This document shows, piece after piece, positions 1 to 7,879 of a stretch of DNA of 16,176 nt. Origin of the DNA: Limisphaerales bacterium. Lineage in GTDB: Bacteria > Verrucomicrobiota > Verrucomicrobiia > Limisphaerales > JAJOIW01. The position numbers and the translations under genes are program-made. How positions within the stretch are numbered: the stretch's first letter is position 1; each line of letters begins with the position of its first letter. Location: assembly GCA_965657355.1 (NCBI GenBank), contig CBFHOE010000005.1, positions 170,542-186,717 on the forward strand, read 5' to 3'. The notes beneath the pieces are model-generated. The model worked only from the letters and a program-made list of their open reading frames with translations. It did no database searches and had not been told where the DNA came from.

Positions 1-630
1 ACAGAGTTGTGGAGAGAAAGTTATTCACTGCCGGCAAATCAGTTTCATGAAATTATGATCCCCCCGTCTTCTATACCAGAAAAAGAACAATTCAGAATTG
101 AATGTAGAAATTATAATGAAATGACATTGATCTTCCCTCAAAGTGACCCTCTCGAGCTTTTGTATAGAGATGGGAGCTTCAGCACAAACTACACACGGGC
201 TTTAGGTATTATATTTGCTGGTTTAGTTCTGATGGCTGCTCTGGGACTTTTTGCTTCTAGTTTTCTTTCATTTCCCGTAGCCACATTCATGACCCTTGGG
301 CTCGTGCTCCTTTTTTCATCTGGGCAACTCATACAGGAAGTTCTTCTTGAAAATACCTTAGGAGATGCTGAAAAAGATGGGGGACCATCTCAAGCAGTCC
401 GCACACTTGATAAGGTTATGATACCTGTTTTTAAATTTGTAGGAGGGACACTCAAATCCATATCACCAGGTTCCCCCATCGAAGATTTGACTAGTGGTAG
501 AAGTATTTCTACGGGACTTATGATAAGTACGATTTTTAAGCAAATCGTAATTGCTGGGGGGATAATAGCTGGTCTTGGAATGTGGATCCTTACAAATAGG
601 GAGCTGGCGATAGCTAATACTAAATCATAA
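1..630 (+). CDS. ABC-2-type transporter permease-like membrane protein, C-terminal part (5'-truncated by the window edge)
   Basis: The frame is open from base 1 (ACA GAG TTG), so the TTG at 7 is probably internal. It has three to four hydrophobic helices (ALGIIFAGLVLMAALGLFASSFLSFPVATFMTLGLVLLF; IVIAGGIIAGLGMWIL) and ends in the NRELA motif typical of ABC-2 permease C-termini. Confidence 0.6.
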   Translation, partial: TELWRESYSLPANQFHEIMIPPSSIPEKEQFRIECRNYNEMTLIFPQSDPLELLYRDGSFSTNYTRALGIIFAGLVLMAALGLFASSFLSFPVATFMTLGLVLLFSSGQLIQEVLLENTLGDAEKDGGPSQAVRTLDKVMIPVFKFVGGTLKSISPGSPIEDLTSGRSISTGLMISTIFKQIVIAGGIIAGLGMWILTNRELAIANTKS

Positions 631-636
631 ATATAA

Positions 637-2070
637 ATGATTTCAAACGTTCAAAAACTCATTCTAATCATTGCTGCGATCGCCCTAGTTTCAGCGAGTG
701 GCTTCAATCAAAAAGCAATGAATTCAATCCGACGTGATGTTGGATTAACTCGTGTTGAGCCACTGGAAAATGCTCCGCCAATGTTAGCATTTTCAACTGT
801 AGCACTCGGTGGATTTAGAGGAATTATTGCCAATTTACTCTGGATGAGAGCGAATAGATTACAAGTCGATGGAAAATATTTTGAGCTCGTCCAACTCAGT
901 GATTGGATCACAAAACTACAACCTAATTTTACCCACGTCTGGAAACATCTTGCCTGGAATATGTCTTACAACATTTCGCGAAATTTTCGGAGCAAGGAAG
1001 ATAGGTGGCTTTGGGTTCAAAGCGGTCTCGAATTATTGAGAGATAGGGCAATTCCACTCAATCCAAACAAAGCCGTTCTCTACGAAGAACTGGCATGGAT
1101 TCTTCACGACAAAATGGGAAAGAAAATTGATGATGCACATTTCCATTTCAAAGAAATCTGGGCTCAGGAATTCAATGAATTGATAATGAATTACTACCCA
1201 GATCTGCAAGTTCTGGTTGATCCAAAAAACGAAGATCAAAAGGAAAGTGCCCAGAGGTTGAGAGAGGTTCATAAGATGGACCCAGTTTTAATTCTGGAAA
1301 TTGAAGAAAAATATGGTCCACTTGATTGGAGGATTACTGATTCACATGCAATTTATTGGGCTGCTCAAGGATTGAAGAAAAGCCCAGAAAAATCAATTGT
1401 GCTTAAAAGAGCAATTTGGCAATCAATGAAAGCAACCTTCGATAGAGGGCGATTGATTGTAAATCCATGGGGACAATCTTTGGAATACGGCCCAAACTTG
1501 GCTGTTGCTGAAAAAGTTAACCAAATAATTCTGGAACTCATCGATGAAACTCCAGAAAAAAAGGAATACATCAGCCGAGCCCATAAGAACTTCTTGGAGG
1601 ATGCAACGTATTACTTTTTTACTCACAACTTAAAATTCGAGGCGAATCAGTACTTCCAAAAATTACAGGAATTGTATCCTGACGCTGTTCAGGAAGGCGT
1701 TCTTATCGAGGATTTTGTAGTGGAGCGTGTCATTACGTTTTCGGATTTGAATCCAGCCAGGGCTCGTTTACTGGTTGAGGGATATCTCCAAAACTATTTT
1801 TACTATGTCGCCCTTCAGGAAGATGAAATAGCCATGGGCAATTATGCCATGGCAGAACAGGTACGCCAAAAATATAACCAGAAGGTGAAAGACAGGATTC
1901 AAGAAATAGGCCTGCCTTCAATTGAAGAATTAGGAGAACAGAAAGCCAGAGAAATAATTTCTCGTAAACTTTCCACAAATTTCACCCCTGAAATGATTGA
2001 TGTCCTCAAGGCGAGAGTGGACGGCTTCGCCGAACTAGAACCAAAACCAGAGATAGATTCTGAAATATAA
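637..2070 (+). CDS. Membrane-anchored helical/TPR-like conserved protein of the PVC type that follows ABC permeases
   Basis: 477-aa ORF starting 6 nt after the permease stop. N-terminal hydrophobic anchor or signal (LILIIAAIALVSAS), the motif LGGFRGIIANLLWMRA...WITKLQPNF..VW..LAWN.SYN, and TPR-like segments (AIPLNPNKAVLYEELAWI). Confidence 0.7.
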   Translation: MISNVQKLILIIAAIALVSASGFNQKAMNSIRRDVGLTRVEPLENAPPMLAFSTVALGGFRGIIANLLWMRANRLQVDGKYFELVQLSDWITKLQPNFTHVWKHLAWNMSYNISRNFRSKEDRWLWVQSGLELLRDRAIPLNPNKAVLYEELAWILHDKMGKKIDDAHFHFKEIWAQEFNELIMNYYPDLQVLVDPKNEDQKESAQRLREVHKMDPVLILEIEEKYGPLDWRITDSHAIYWAAQGLKKSPEKSIVLKRAIWQSMKATFDRGRLIVNPWGQSLEYGPNLAVAEKVNQIILELIDETPEKKEYISRAHKNFLEDATYYFFTHNLKFEANQYFQKLQELYPDAVQEGVLIEDFVVERVITFSDLNPARARLLVEGYLQNYFYYVALQEDEIAMGNYAMAEQVRQKYNQKVKDRIQEIGLPSIEELGEQKAREIISRKLSTNFTPEMIDVLKARVDGFAELEPKPEIDSEI

Positions 2071-2075
2071 ATCTT

Positions 2076-2111
2076 AAAAAACAAAAAACCAACTCGTATT
2101 GAGTCGGCTTT
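2076..2111 (-). terminator. Intrinsic terminator downstream of rpsT
   Basis: Minus strand reads GCCGACTC-AATAC-GAGTTGGT (8-bp stem with two G-U pairs) followed by TTTTTGTTTTTT. It lies between convergent genes. Confidence 0.8.
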
Positions 2112-2144
2112 AGGTAAAACAAAGATTTTGGGAATAATCCAGAA

Positions 2145-2408
2145 TTAGGATAGCGTAGCCAGTTTCGATGCTAGCCGTGATTTTATCCTGGAGGCCTTAG
2201 CTCGAGTGTAGACACCCTTCTTGAGAGCCTTGTCTATAGCAGAATAGGCATGATTTAGAGCTTTTTTAGCATCGTCTTTGTTCCCTCCTTCGACGACGTT
2301 GAGAAAATTCTTCTGGCTAGACCTCGCTCGCGACCTATTTCTTTGATTGATCTCGGTCCTATTGCGTGTAAGGCGCACTCTCTGTGTTGCTGACTTTGTA
2401 TTAGGCAT
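2145..2408 (-). CDS. rpsT: 30S ribosomal protein S20
   Basis: 87-aa basic protein with S20 motifs MPNTKSA..RVR...N, AYSAIDKALKKGV and KASRIKSRLA. GAGGT Shine-Dalgarno at 2421-2417. Confidence 0.97.
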   Translation of the reverse strand: MPNTKSATQRVRLTRNRTEINQRNRSRARSSQKNFLNVVEGGNKDDAKKALNHAYSAIDKALKKGVYTRAKASRIKSRLASKLATLS

Positions 2409-2436
2409 TCGTTGTTACCTCAAAATTGGATTGGCA

Positions 2437-2464
2437 ATGATAGGGATTCGAATCAAAGAGTCAA
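2437..2464 (-). promoter_or_regulatory. Putative sigma70 promoter of rpsT
   Basis: Minus strand TTGACT (2464-2459), 16-nt spacer, TATCAT (2442-2437), upstream of the Shine-Dalgarno site. Confidence 0.6.
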
Positions 2465-2504
2465 CCTCATATTCAAAGTTTTTATTTGAGCAAAACCGGG
2501 GTTT

Positions 2505-3296
2505 TCAGCCCTTTCTTAGGAGTCGACAAGGTAGTCCGCGCTCATTTACTAATGATTTTTCTGTCAAATAGAGTGTTATTAGACAGCTGAGGCCCGCACC
2601 AAAGGCAATTCCAAACCAGATTAGAATTTGGTATCTCACTGCTTGGCCAGGGCTTTCACCAGCAAGGATTTGGCCGGTCATCATGCCAGGAAGACTGACT
2701 ATTCCTGTAACCGCCATTGCATTAATAACGGGCAGCATTGCTGTTTTAACTGCATCAGTCCTGATTTCGGTCATAATTTCCTTGAACTCATGCCCCAAAG
2801 CAATCCTCTGTTCAATGACTTCCGCGGAGTTTTGAACAGCGCTAAGACAATGATTTAAAGCAAGGCTTATAGTGTTCATGACATTGCCTAAAATCATACC
2901 AAAAATGGGAAGAACGATAGCTGGTTCGTACCAGGGGATCGGCTTAAATACGACTGAAATCAGCAAAACAGAATACGGCAGAGCTGCCAGCAACAAACTC
3001 CAAAGTGGAATTAGAAAATACGCCACCCCTTGAAGCCTGTATGTCAATCGCTGAACGGATTCGCGAGTGGCGACAGACAACATCAAAATAAGAAAGCCAA
3101 TCGTTCCCCAGGCAGTTCCAGATGCAAAAAGAAAATCTAAAACAACCCCTAGGAGAGAAAGCTGAGTAACCATCCTTACCGAGGCCACAATTGCAGACTT
3201 CCACAAAGAAAGTCTTTCAAACCACATGATCGCTGCCAGTATGATCATGCTTATTCCTCCCACGGCGATATGCCAGATTTCTAGCTCGGCATCCAT
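2505..3296 (-). CDS. fetB: ABC transporter permease, FetB/YbbM (UPF0014) family
   Basis: Family motifs ASVRMVTQLSLLG, PWY.P..VLPIFGMILGN.MN, AMLPVINAM..TGIVSLPGMMTGQILAG.SP..AVRYQI. About seven TM helices. Confidence 0.88.
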   Translation of the reverse strand: MDAELEIWHIAVGGISMIILAAIMWFERLSLWKSAIVASVRMVTQLSLLGVVLDFLFASGTAWGTIGFLILMLSVATRESVQRLTYRLQGVAYFLIPLWSLLLAALPYSVLLISVVFKPIPWYEPAIVLPIFGMILGNVMNTISLALNHCLSAVQNSAEVIEQRIALGHEFKEIMTEIRTDAVKTAMLPVINAMAVTGIVSLPGMMTGQILAGESPGQAVRYQILIWFGIAFGAGLSCLITLYLTEKSLVNERGLPCRLLRKG

Positions 3297-3302
3297 ATTC
3301 AG

Positions 3303-3905
3303 TTATTTGTTACTTTCTTCGACCTTAAAATTGAATACATCAAAGACCCCCCCATTGGATATTTCCTCAAGCATTTCAACGTCATGACTAACAATGACTA
3401 TGGTAGGGCGGTTTTTTTCATAATAATTTTGGATTAAATGAATAACAAGCGACCTGGTTGAGCTGTCCAAATTAGATGTTGGTTCATCAAGGAGGATGGC
3501 CTTTGGCAAATCTTGTAAGCCTCTAAGGAGTCCGAGTCTCTTATTTTCACCAGTGGACAGTTTTGCACATTCCATCGATAGTGCGCTTTTGTCTAATCCA
3601 AGTGAAACAAGATCTTTTATATCAACTTTTTTGAAATGATCGGAGACAACTGGTTTCCACCAAAATGTGTGCTCGTGGATATAGCGCACGTTTTTCCTCC
3701 ACTCTCTTGGTTCTGTCTGGTTTTGCTGGAGTTCACCAAATGAAATATCACCCTTGTGAGGAAGAAGGTCTGCTATGCATTTTAACAAAGTTGATTTACC
3801 TGAACCTGAAGCGCCCGACATACCGGATATGACCCCGGGTTCAAAACCTCCGGAATAGGAGTCTGAAAAATCTGTATGACAATTATTAAAATGAATCCCT
3901 CTCAC
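3303..3905 (-). CDS. fetA: ABC transporter ATP-binding protein, FetA/YbbL-like
   Basis: Walker A GASGSGKST, signature variant LSTGE, Walker B ILLDEPTSNLD, H-loop VSHD, and the P.EWR motif. GTG start; stop lies 6 nt before fetB. Confidence 0.8.
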   Translation of the reverse strand: MRGIHFNNCHTDFSDSYSGGFEPGVISGMSGASGSGKSTLLKCIADLLPHKGDISFGELQQNQTEPREWRKNVRYIHEHTFWWKPVVSDHFKKVDIKDLVSLGLDKSALSMECAKLSTGENKRLGLLRGLQDLPKAILLDEPTSNLDSSTRSLVIHLIQNYYEKNRPTIVIVSHDVEMLEEISNGGVFDVFNFKVEESNK

Positions 3906-3915
3906 TCAAAAAGCC

Positions 3916-5322
3916 TCAAATAAAATCATTTACGTTTAGTTTTTGAATGACCCATTTGTGCTTCCCTCGTTTTGTTTTTTCTGTTTCTGAAACTGAAACA
4001 AGTGAGACGTTGAAATCGTCGCCGAGTTTCTCTTTTACTCCTTTTTCGATTAATGAAAGTTTAGAAGAATTGAACTTACGACTAGGGACATATCGAAACT
4101 CAGCAAATCCCGGCGAATCCTGGTAGAATTGCACCGCATATAAACCATCAAATATATCAGTATGCATATTAAATGCTGTCAGCGATATGATTCTCTTGTT
4201 GCCACTCACCAGAAATTCTTGTTCACGACCAGCAATCTCTTTGACTGTTGGCCAAAAAAATTCTCTATTTTGGGAATCAGAGCTTAACTTGACATAATCC
4301 CCTGTCCGGTAACGAACTAATGGCATGGCCATGTTATGAAAGGATGTTCCAATAACTTCTTGAAAGCCATTCTCATCTTTTGGACCAAACTCAGTATATC
4401 CATACTGAGGGAAAAAATAAAAATCATCACTTTGTCTCCCTTCACCAGCTAATACGACTCTTTCGGAATGTCCATACCATCTGTAAACTTTACATTTAAA
4501 TGTCTTTTCCAAAATGCGTTTTTGTGGATTTGTAAGTCTTTCAGACCCACAAAGCAGAGCCTTTACGGGGGTTCTCCATTCCTGGTTTGTCTTTTCGAGA
4601 TACTCGGAAATTAGTAATGCTGCAGAAGGATAGATATGAAGGACATCGGGTCTAAAGTTTTCAATTTCTTCAAGATACTCATCGAATCGGTCCAGAGTAA
4701 GGTGGTAAGAGGAGAGCATCAACCAATCCCGGGTGGGATCATAAGAATCTATTCTCCCTGATGATTTTGAATCGGTAACGTGTCCTCGAATAACAACTAG
4801 TCTATCCCCTTCTTCATAACCGGCCCTTCTCCACATTGATTCGAGAAAGGCCTGTTCTTTTGGTCTACTTACACCTTTCTGCAGATAAAAACCAACTGGC
4901 ACCCCAGTTGACCCACCGGTTGTGATGTAGAGCCGTTTACTTGCCTCAAGATCAGTCGAAACTATGCTATCGAACTCATCAATCAATGTCTGTTTTTCCA
5001 AAAGAGGGCACTTTTCAATATCTTCTGGAGCGCGCAGTCGTTGCACATTGAATTGATTCTCTAGGAAAAGTTGGCGGTAATAAGGACAGTAATTTGCAGC
5101 GTTGTTTAATGTTCTTTTTAATTGGGTGTATTGAAATTCCCAAGTCTTCTCATAATCCCAAGATTCGATCTCATATGTGAGTTCTCTAAATCGTTGGAAT
5201 TCATTACCCCATTTGATTGACGAAGGTAAAATTCTATATGCAAATCCAATCCCTGATTTCAATGGCATTGGCAATTTTTGATATATCCCCAATAAAGGGT
5301 ATAGGCGATCCTCAAGACTCAT
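3916..5322 (-). CDS. CapK-like / phenylacetate-CoA ligase (PaaK) family adenylate-forming enzyme
   Basis: ANL-superfamily motifs: TTGGSTGVP (P-loop), YGHSE, MPLVRYRTGD, IAGR and C-terminal TKRGKHK. The N-terminal PYYR...P.L.K pattern is typical of CapK/PaaK. Confidence 0.88.
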   Translation of the reverse strand: MSLEDRLYPLLGIYQKLPMPLKSGIGFAYRILPSSIKWGNEFQRFRELTYEIESWDYEKTWEFQYTQLKRTLNNAANYCPYYRQLFLENQFNVQRLRAPEDIEKCPLLEKQTLIDEFDSIVSTDLEASKRLYITTGGSTGVPVGFYLQKGVSRPKEQAFLESMWRRAGYEEGDRLVVIRGHVTDSKSSGRIDSYDPTRDWLMLSSYHLTLDRFDEYLEEIENFRPDVLHIYPSAALLISEYLEKTNQEWRTPVKALLCGSERLTNPQKRILEKTFKCKVYRWYGHSERVVLAGEGRQSDDFYFFPQYGYTEFGPKDENGFQEVIGTSFHNMAMPLVRYRTGDYVKLSSDSQNREFFWPTVKEIAGREQEFLVSGNKRIISLTAFNMHTDIFDGLYAVQFYQDSPGFAEFRYVPSRKFNSSKLSLIEKGVKEKLGDDFNVSLVSVSETEKTKRGKHKWVIQKLNVNDFI

Positions 5323-5325
5323 TTG

Positions 5326-6699
5326 CTAATCTGGCCTCTTTTCTTCAATTGCGCCAACCCAACCAAAGTGCGGAGTGAATGCATGTGGTGATCTAATTTT
5401 ATTTAGAGGCCCATTCCATTCCTTCCTGTTACTTTTGACTATTATTTCGTCCGGTTCAAAATCTACGAATGAAAGCTTTTTCATTTTAAAAGCATTTTGC
5501 AAAAGTCGAATCTTTGAATAATCAAAAGACATCATCTTGGCAGAACACATATCCACCGCTAACGGATGCTCACCGGAAATAATTATCCCACTATGAACTG
5601 GGTCTGGTGCCATAGGACCATTTCCGTCGCCACCCAATATACCATCAACAACAGCTAAATATTTTGGAGGCTTTTTCCTTTTTTGACCATGGCCGTCATA
5701 AAAAAACAAGCACTTGTTTAAATCTAAAACCATCCTCCAACAAGTATCATTCCCATACCAGTTACCTGACCGAACGATTTTTCCAGTGTCCCCAAAATAC
5801 AACCTTCCAAGTTTCTTTAGAGGCACGAAAATTCGAGAGTAATTAGGGTTGTTAGTCAGAAATTTTTTTATTTTCCCCATCCAGCTATGCTCCAACTTAG
5901 CTTTGGATGTATTTTTAGGGAATTGATCCCCCCCTGCGTCTGGGGTTCCCTCGGTATGATGGGGTAACCAATTTTTATTGGCATTTATCCCCACAAGATT
6001 TTTCAATGCGCAGGTGAGCCCAACTTTTTTATGAGTTTTTAATTTAGGAATATTAATAAAAATATCAGCATCCATCGGAGTTCGACATAGCAGATATTCA
6101 TGATTATTCCCTTGGTGTCTCAGGTTTGTTTCTTCCATATTATAAGAGGCACCAAAAAGTTTCCCCTCACCCTGGTAATCAATAAATTCACTGCCTTCAT
6201 TTAAAGAAACGTGAGTATCCCCTGCCGGATCTCCCTCTAATTCAGTTTTAGACACGGTTACACCGTCTATGGCATTCCATTCAACTGGTCGCAAATCTAG
6301 CAATTCAAAACCGATCTTTGGGAATCGGTGAGAAAGCCTGGATATCATTTGGTCGAGCTGGCAATAGTCTCTCAAGGTGGCGAATGAAGAGTCTGTTTGA
6401 GGGGCATCACATATCACAATTTTCCCCTCTTTTTTCAATCGTGCTGCAACAAATGAAGCGACTCCTTCGATTACACTTGGGTGAGTGACCACGTGCTCCC
6501 AAGCATTAGGTCCTGGCGTCCTTTCATCGTGCTCTTTTACCCAATTTGGTTTTAGAACCACCTTCGAAGCAGAATCAAAAAAATCTCCGTCCAGCTGCAA
6601 ATCCTCAAGACTTTGTGTGACGCACGCGATTATGGATTGGTGATCCTGGTAATTCTTATGTCCAGAATCGGTAATTGAGACTACCTGCTCTTTTTTCAT
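5326..6699 (-). CDS. DUF362 domain protein (long form)
   Basis: DUF362 motifs VVLKPN, THPSVI, INIPKLKTHKKVGLTCALKNLVG, VVDGILGGDGNGP and HPLAVD. Confidence 0.88.
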   Translation of the reverse strand: MKKEQVVSITDSGHKNYQDHQSIIACVTQSLEDLQLDGDFFDSASKVVLKPNWVKEHDERTPGPNAWEHVVTHPSVIEGVASFVAARLKKEGKIVICDAPQTDSSFATLRDYCQLDQMISRLSHRFPKIGFELLDLRPVEWNAIDGVTVSKTELEGDPAGDTHVSLNEGSEFIDYQGEGKLFGASYNMEETNLRHQGNNHEYLLCRTPMDADIFINIPKLKTHKKVGLTCALKNLVGINANKNWLPHHTEGTPDAGGDQFPKNTSKAKLEHSWMGKIKKFLTNNPNYSRIFVPLKKLGRLYFGDTGKIVRSGNWYGNDTCWRMVLDLNKCLFFYDGHGQKRKKPPKYLAVVDGILGGDGNGPMAPDPVHSGIIISGEHPLAVDMCSAKMMSFDYSKIRLLQNAFKMKKLSFVDFEPDEIIVKSNRKEWNGPLNKIRSPHAFTPHFGWVGAIEEKRPD

Positions 6700-6767
6700 T
6701 GATGAAGTTCTACCCCTTCCAATATGTCAGATAACAAATAAAGTTCCAATGAATCTCAGTTGGGAGC

Positions 6768-7862
6768 TTAAGATTCAAGTACAGACCTATAAACATCCAA
6801 TGTCTCCGCAGCCGTCTTCTTCCAAGAAAATTTCCTGCTTTGGATTCTGCCAGCCTCAATTGCCTCATTTCTCACATTCGTATTTGAAAGCAGAATTCTG
6901 ATCGCTTCAAGATAAGACTCAGGCGTAAGTTCAGCATAAATCGGAGCCTCACCTCCGACTTCGCCCAAACTCGTGACCTTCGAACAAATGACCGGACAAT
7001 CTAAAGTCATCGCCTCGATTAGTGGAATCCCGAAACCTTCGTATTTGCTCGGGAACAAAAGTGCCCTGGCCTTGCTGTAAAGCCAAGCCAGTTGTGAGTC
7101 GGGGATTCTACCCGAAAAGATAAAATGATCTTTATTCTGTAGCCCAGACTCTTTCTGGACGCCTTCCCTTCTCACACCAACTATCACGAGAGGGGGAAGA
7201 TTGATTCCCCTCTCCTCGGCTAATTGATAAACGTCTATCAGTAACTGAAGATTTTTCCCAGGCTCTAAGGTTCCCACAAACAAAAAGAAATCATCAGGAA
7301 CTTGAAAAGTGGGTTTCTCTAATTTGGGAAGGTTATCAATATCCCAATCGCTCGCCAGATGAACGACGACAAGTTTCTTTGGGTCAATGTCTGTAAGATG
7401 GATTGCTTCGTCTGCTGTTGACTGACTAATGCACATGACACGATCAGCCTGCTTTGTTCGTTGCAAACCAACTTTACTAATGTGCAGATGCCATCGTCTA
7501 AATCGCTCAGGATGTCGAACAACCGCTAGATCATTAAGAGAAACAATAGTTTTTATGCCGTCAATGGGAGTTCTGATTATTGGTATGCCTGGAGAATGAA
7601 GCAAATCAACCTGGTTTTTTTTCAATTTCCCTGGTGCTAAAAAGTTGGACCAGAAGACTTCTCTGTACAAAGTCTTTAACATCCTACCTGGCTGCTTGTA
7701 TTCTAGATTGTGGACTTCCCATGCAAAGGGTTGGATATCCATTCCTCCACAGTCACACGCCTTAAAACCGGAGAATATACCATTGATCCCTCTGGCAATA
7801 CCGGCTGGCGCTACATATAGGGGACTGGTATCAACGGCAATGCGATATTTGGGCGATGTCAC
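6768..7862 (-). CDS. Glycosyltransferase family 4 (GT-B, MtfB/WbaZ-like)
   Basis: Motifs LFVGTLEPGKN, LYSKARALLFPSKYEGFGIPLIEAM..DCPVICS, SLGEVGG and FSWKKTAAET. GTG start. Confidence 0.93.
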   Translation of the reverse strand: MTSPKYRIAVDTSPLYVAPAGIARGINGIFSGFKACDCGGMDIQPFAWEVHNLEYKQPGRMLKTLYREVFWSNFLAPGKLKKNQVDLLHSPGIPIIRTPIDGIKTIVSLNDLAVVRHPERFRRWHLHISKVGLQRTKQADRVMCISQSTADEAIHLTDIDPKKLVVVHLASDWDIDNLPKLEKPTFQVPDDFFLFVGTLEPGKNLQLLIDVYQLAEERGINLPPLVIVGVRREGVQKESGLQNKDHFIFSGRIPDSQLAWLYSKARALLFPSKYEGFGIPLIEAMTLDCPVICSKVTSLGEVGGEAPIYAELTPESYLEAIRILLSNTNVRNEAIEAGRIQSRKFSWKKTAAETLDVYRSVLES

Positions 7863-7879
7863 AGGAAGGGGAATTCTTT

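Noticed and set aside
1831..1853. GCCATGG...CCATGGC inverted/direct repeat
   Set aside because: Explained by the repeated Ala-Met codons (AMGNYAMA) within a CDS.
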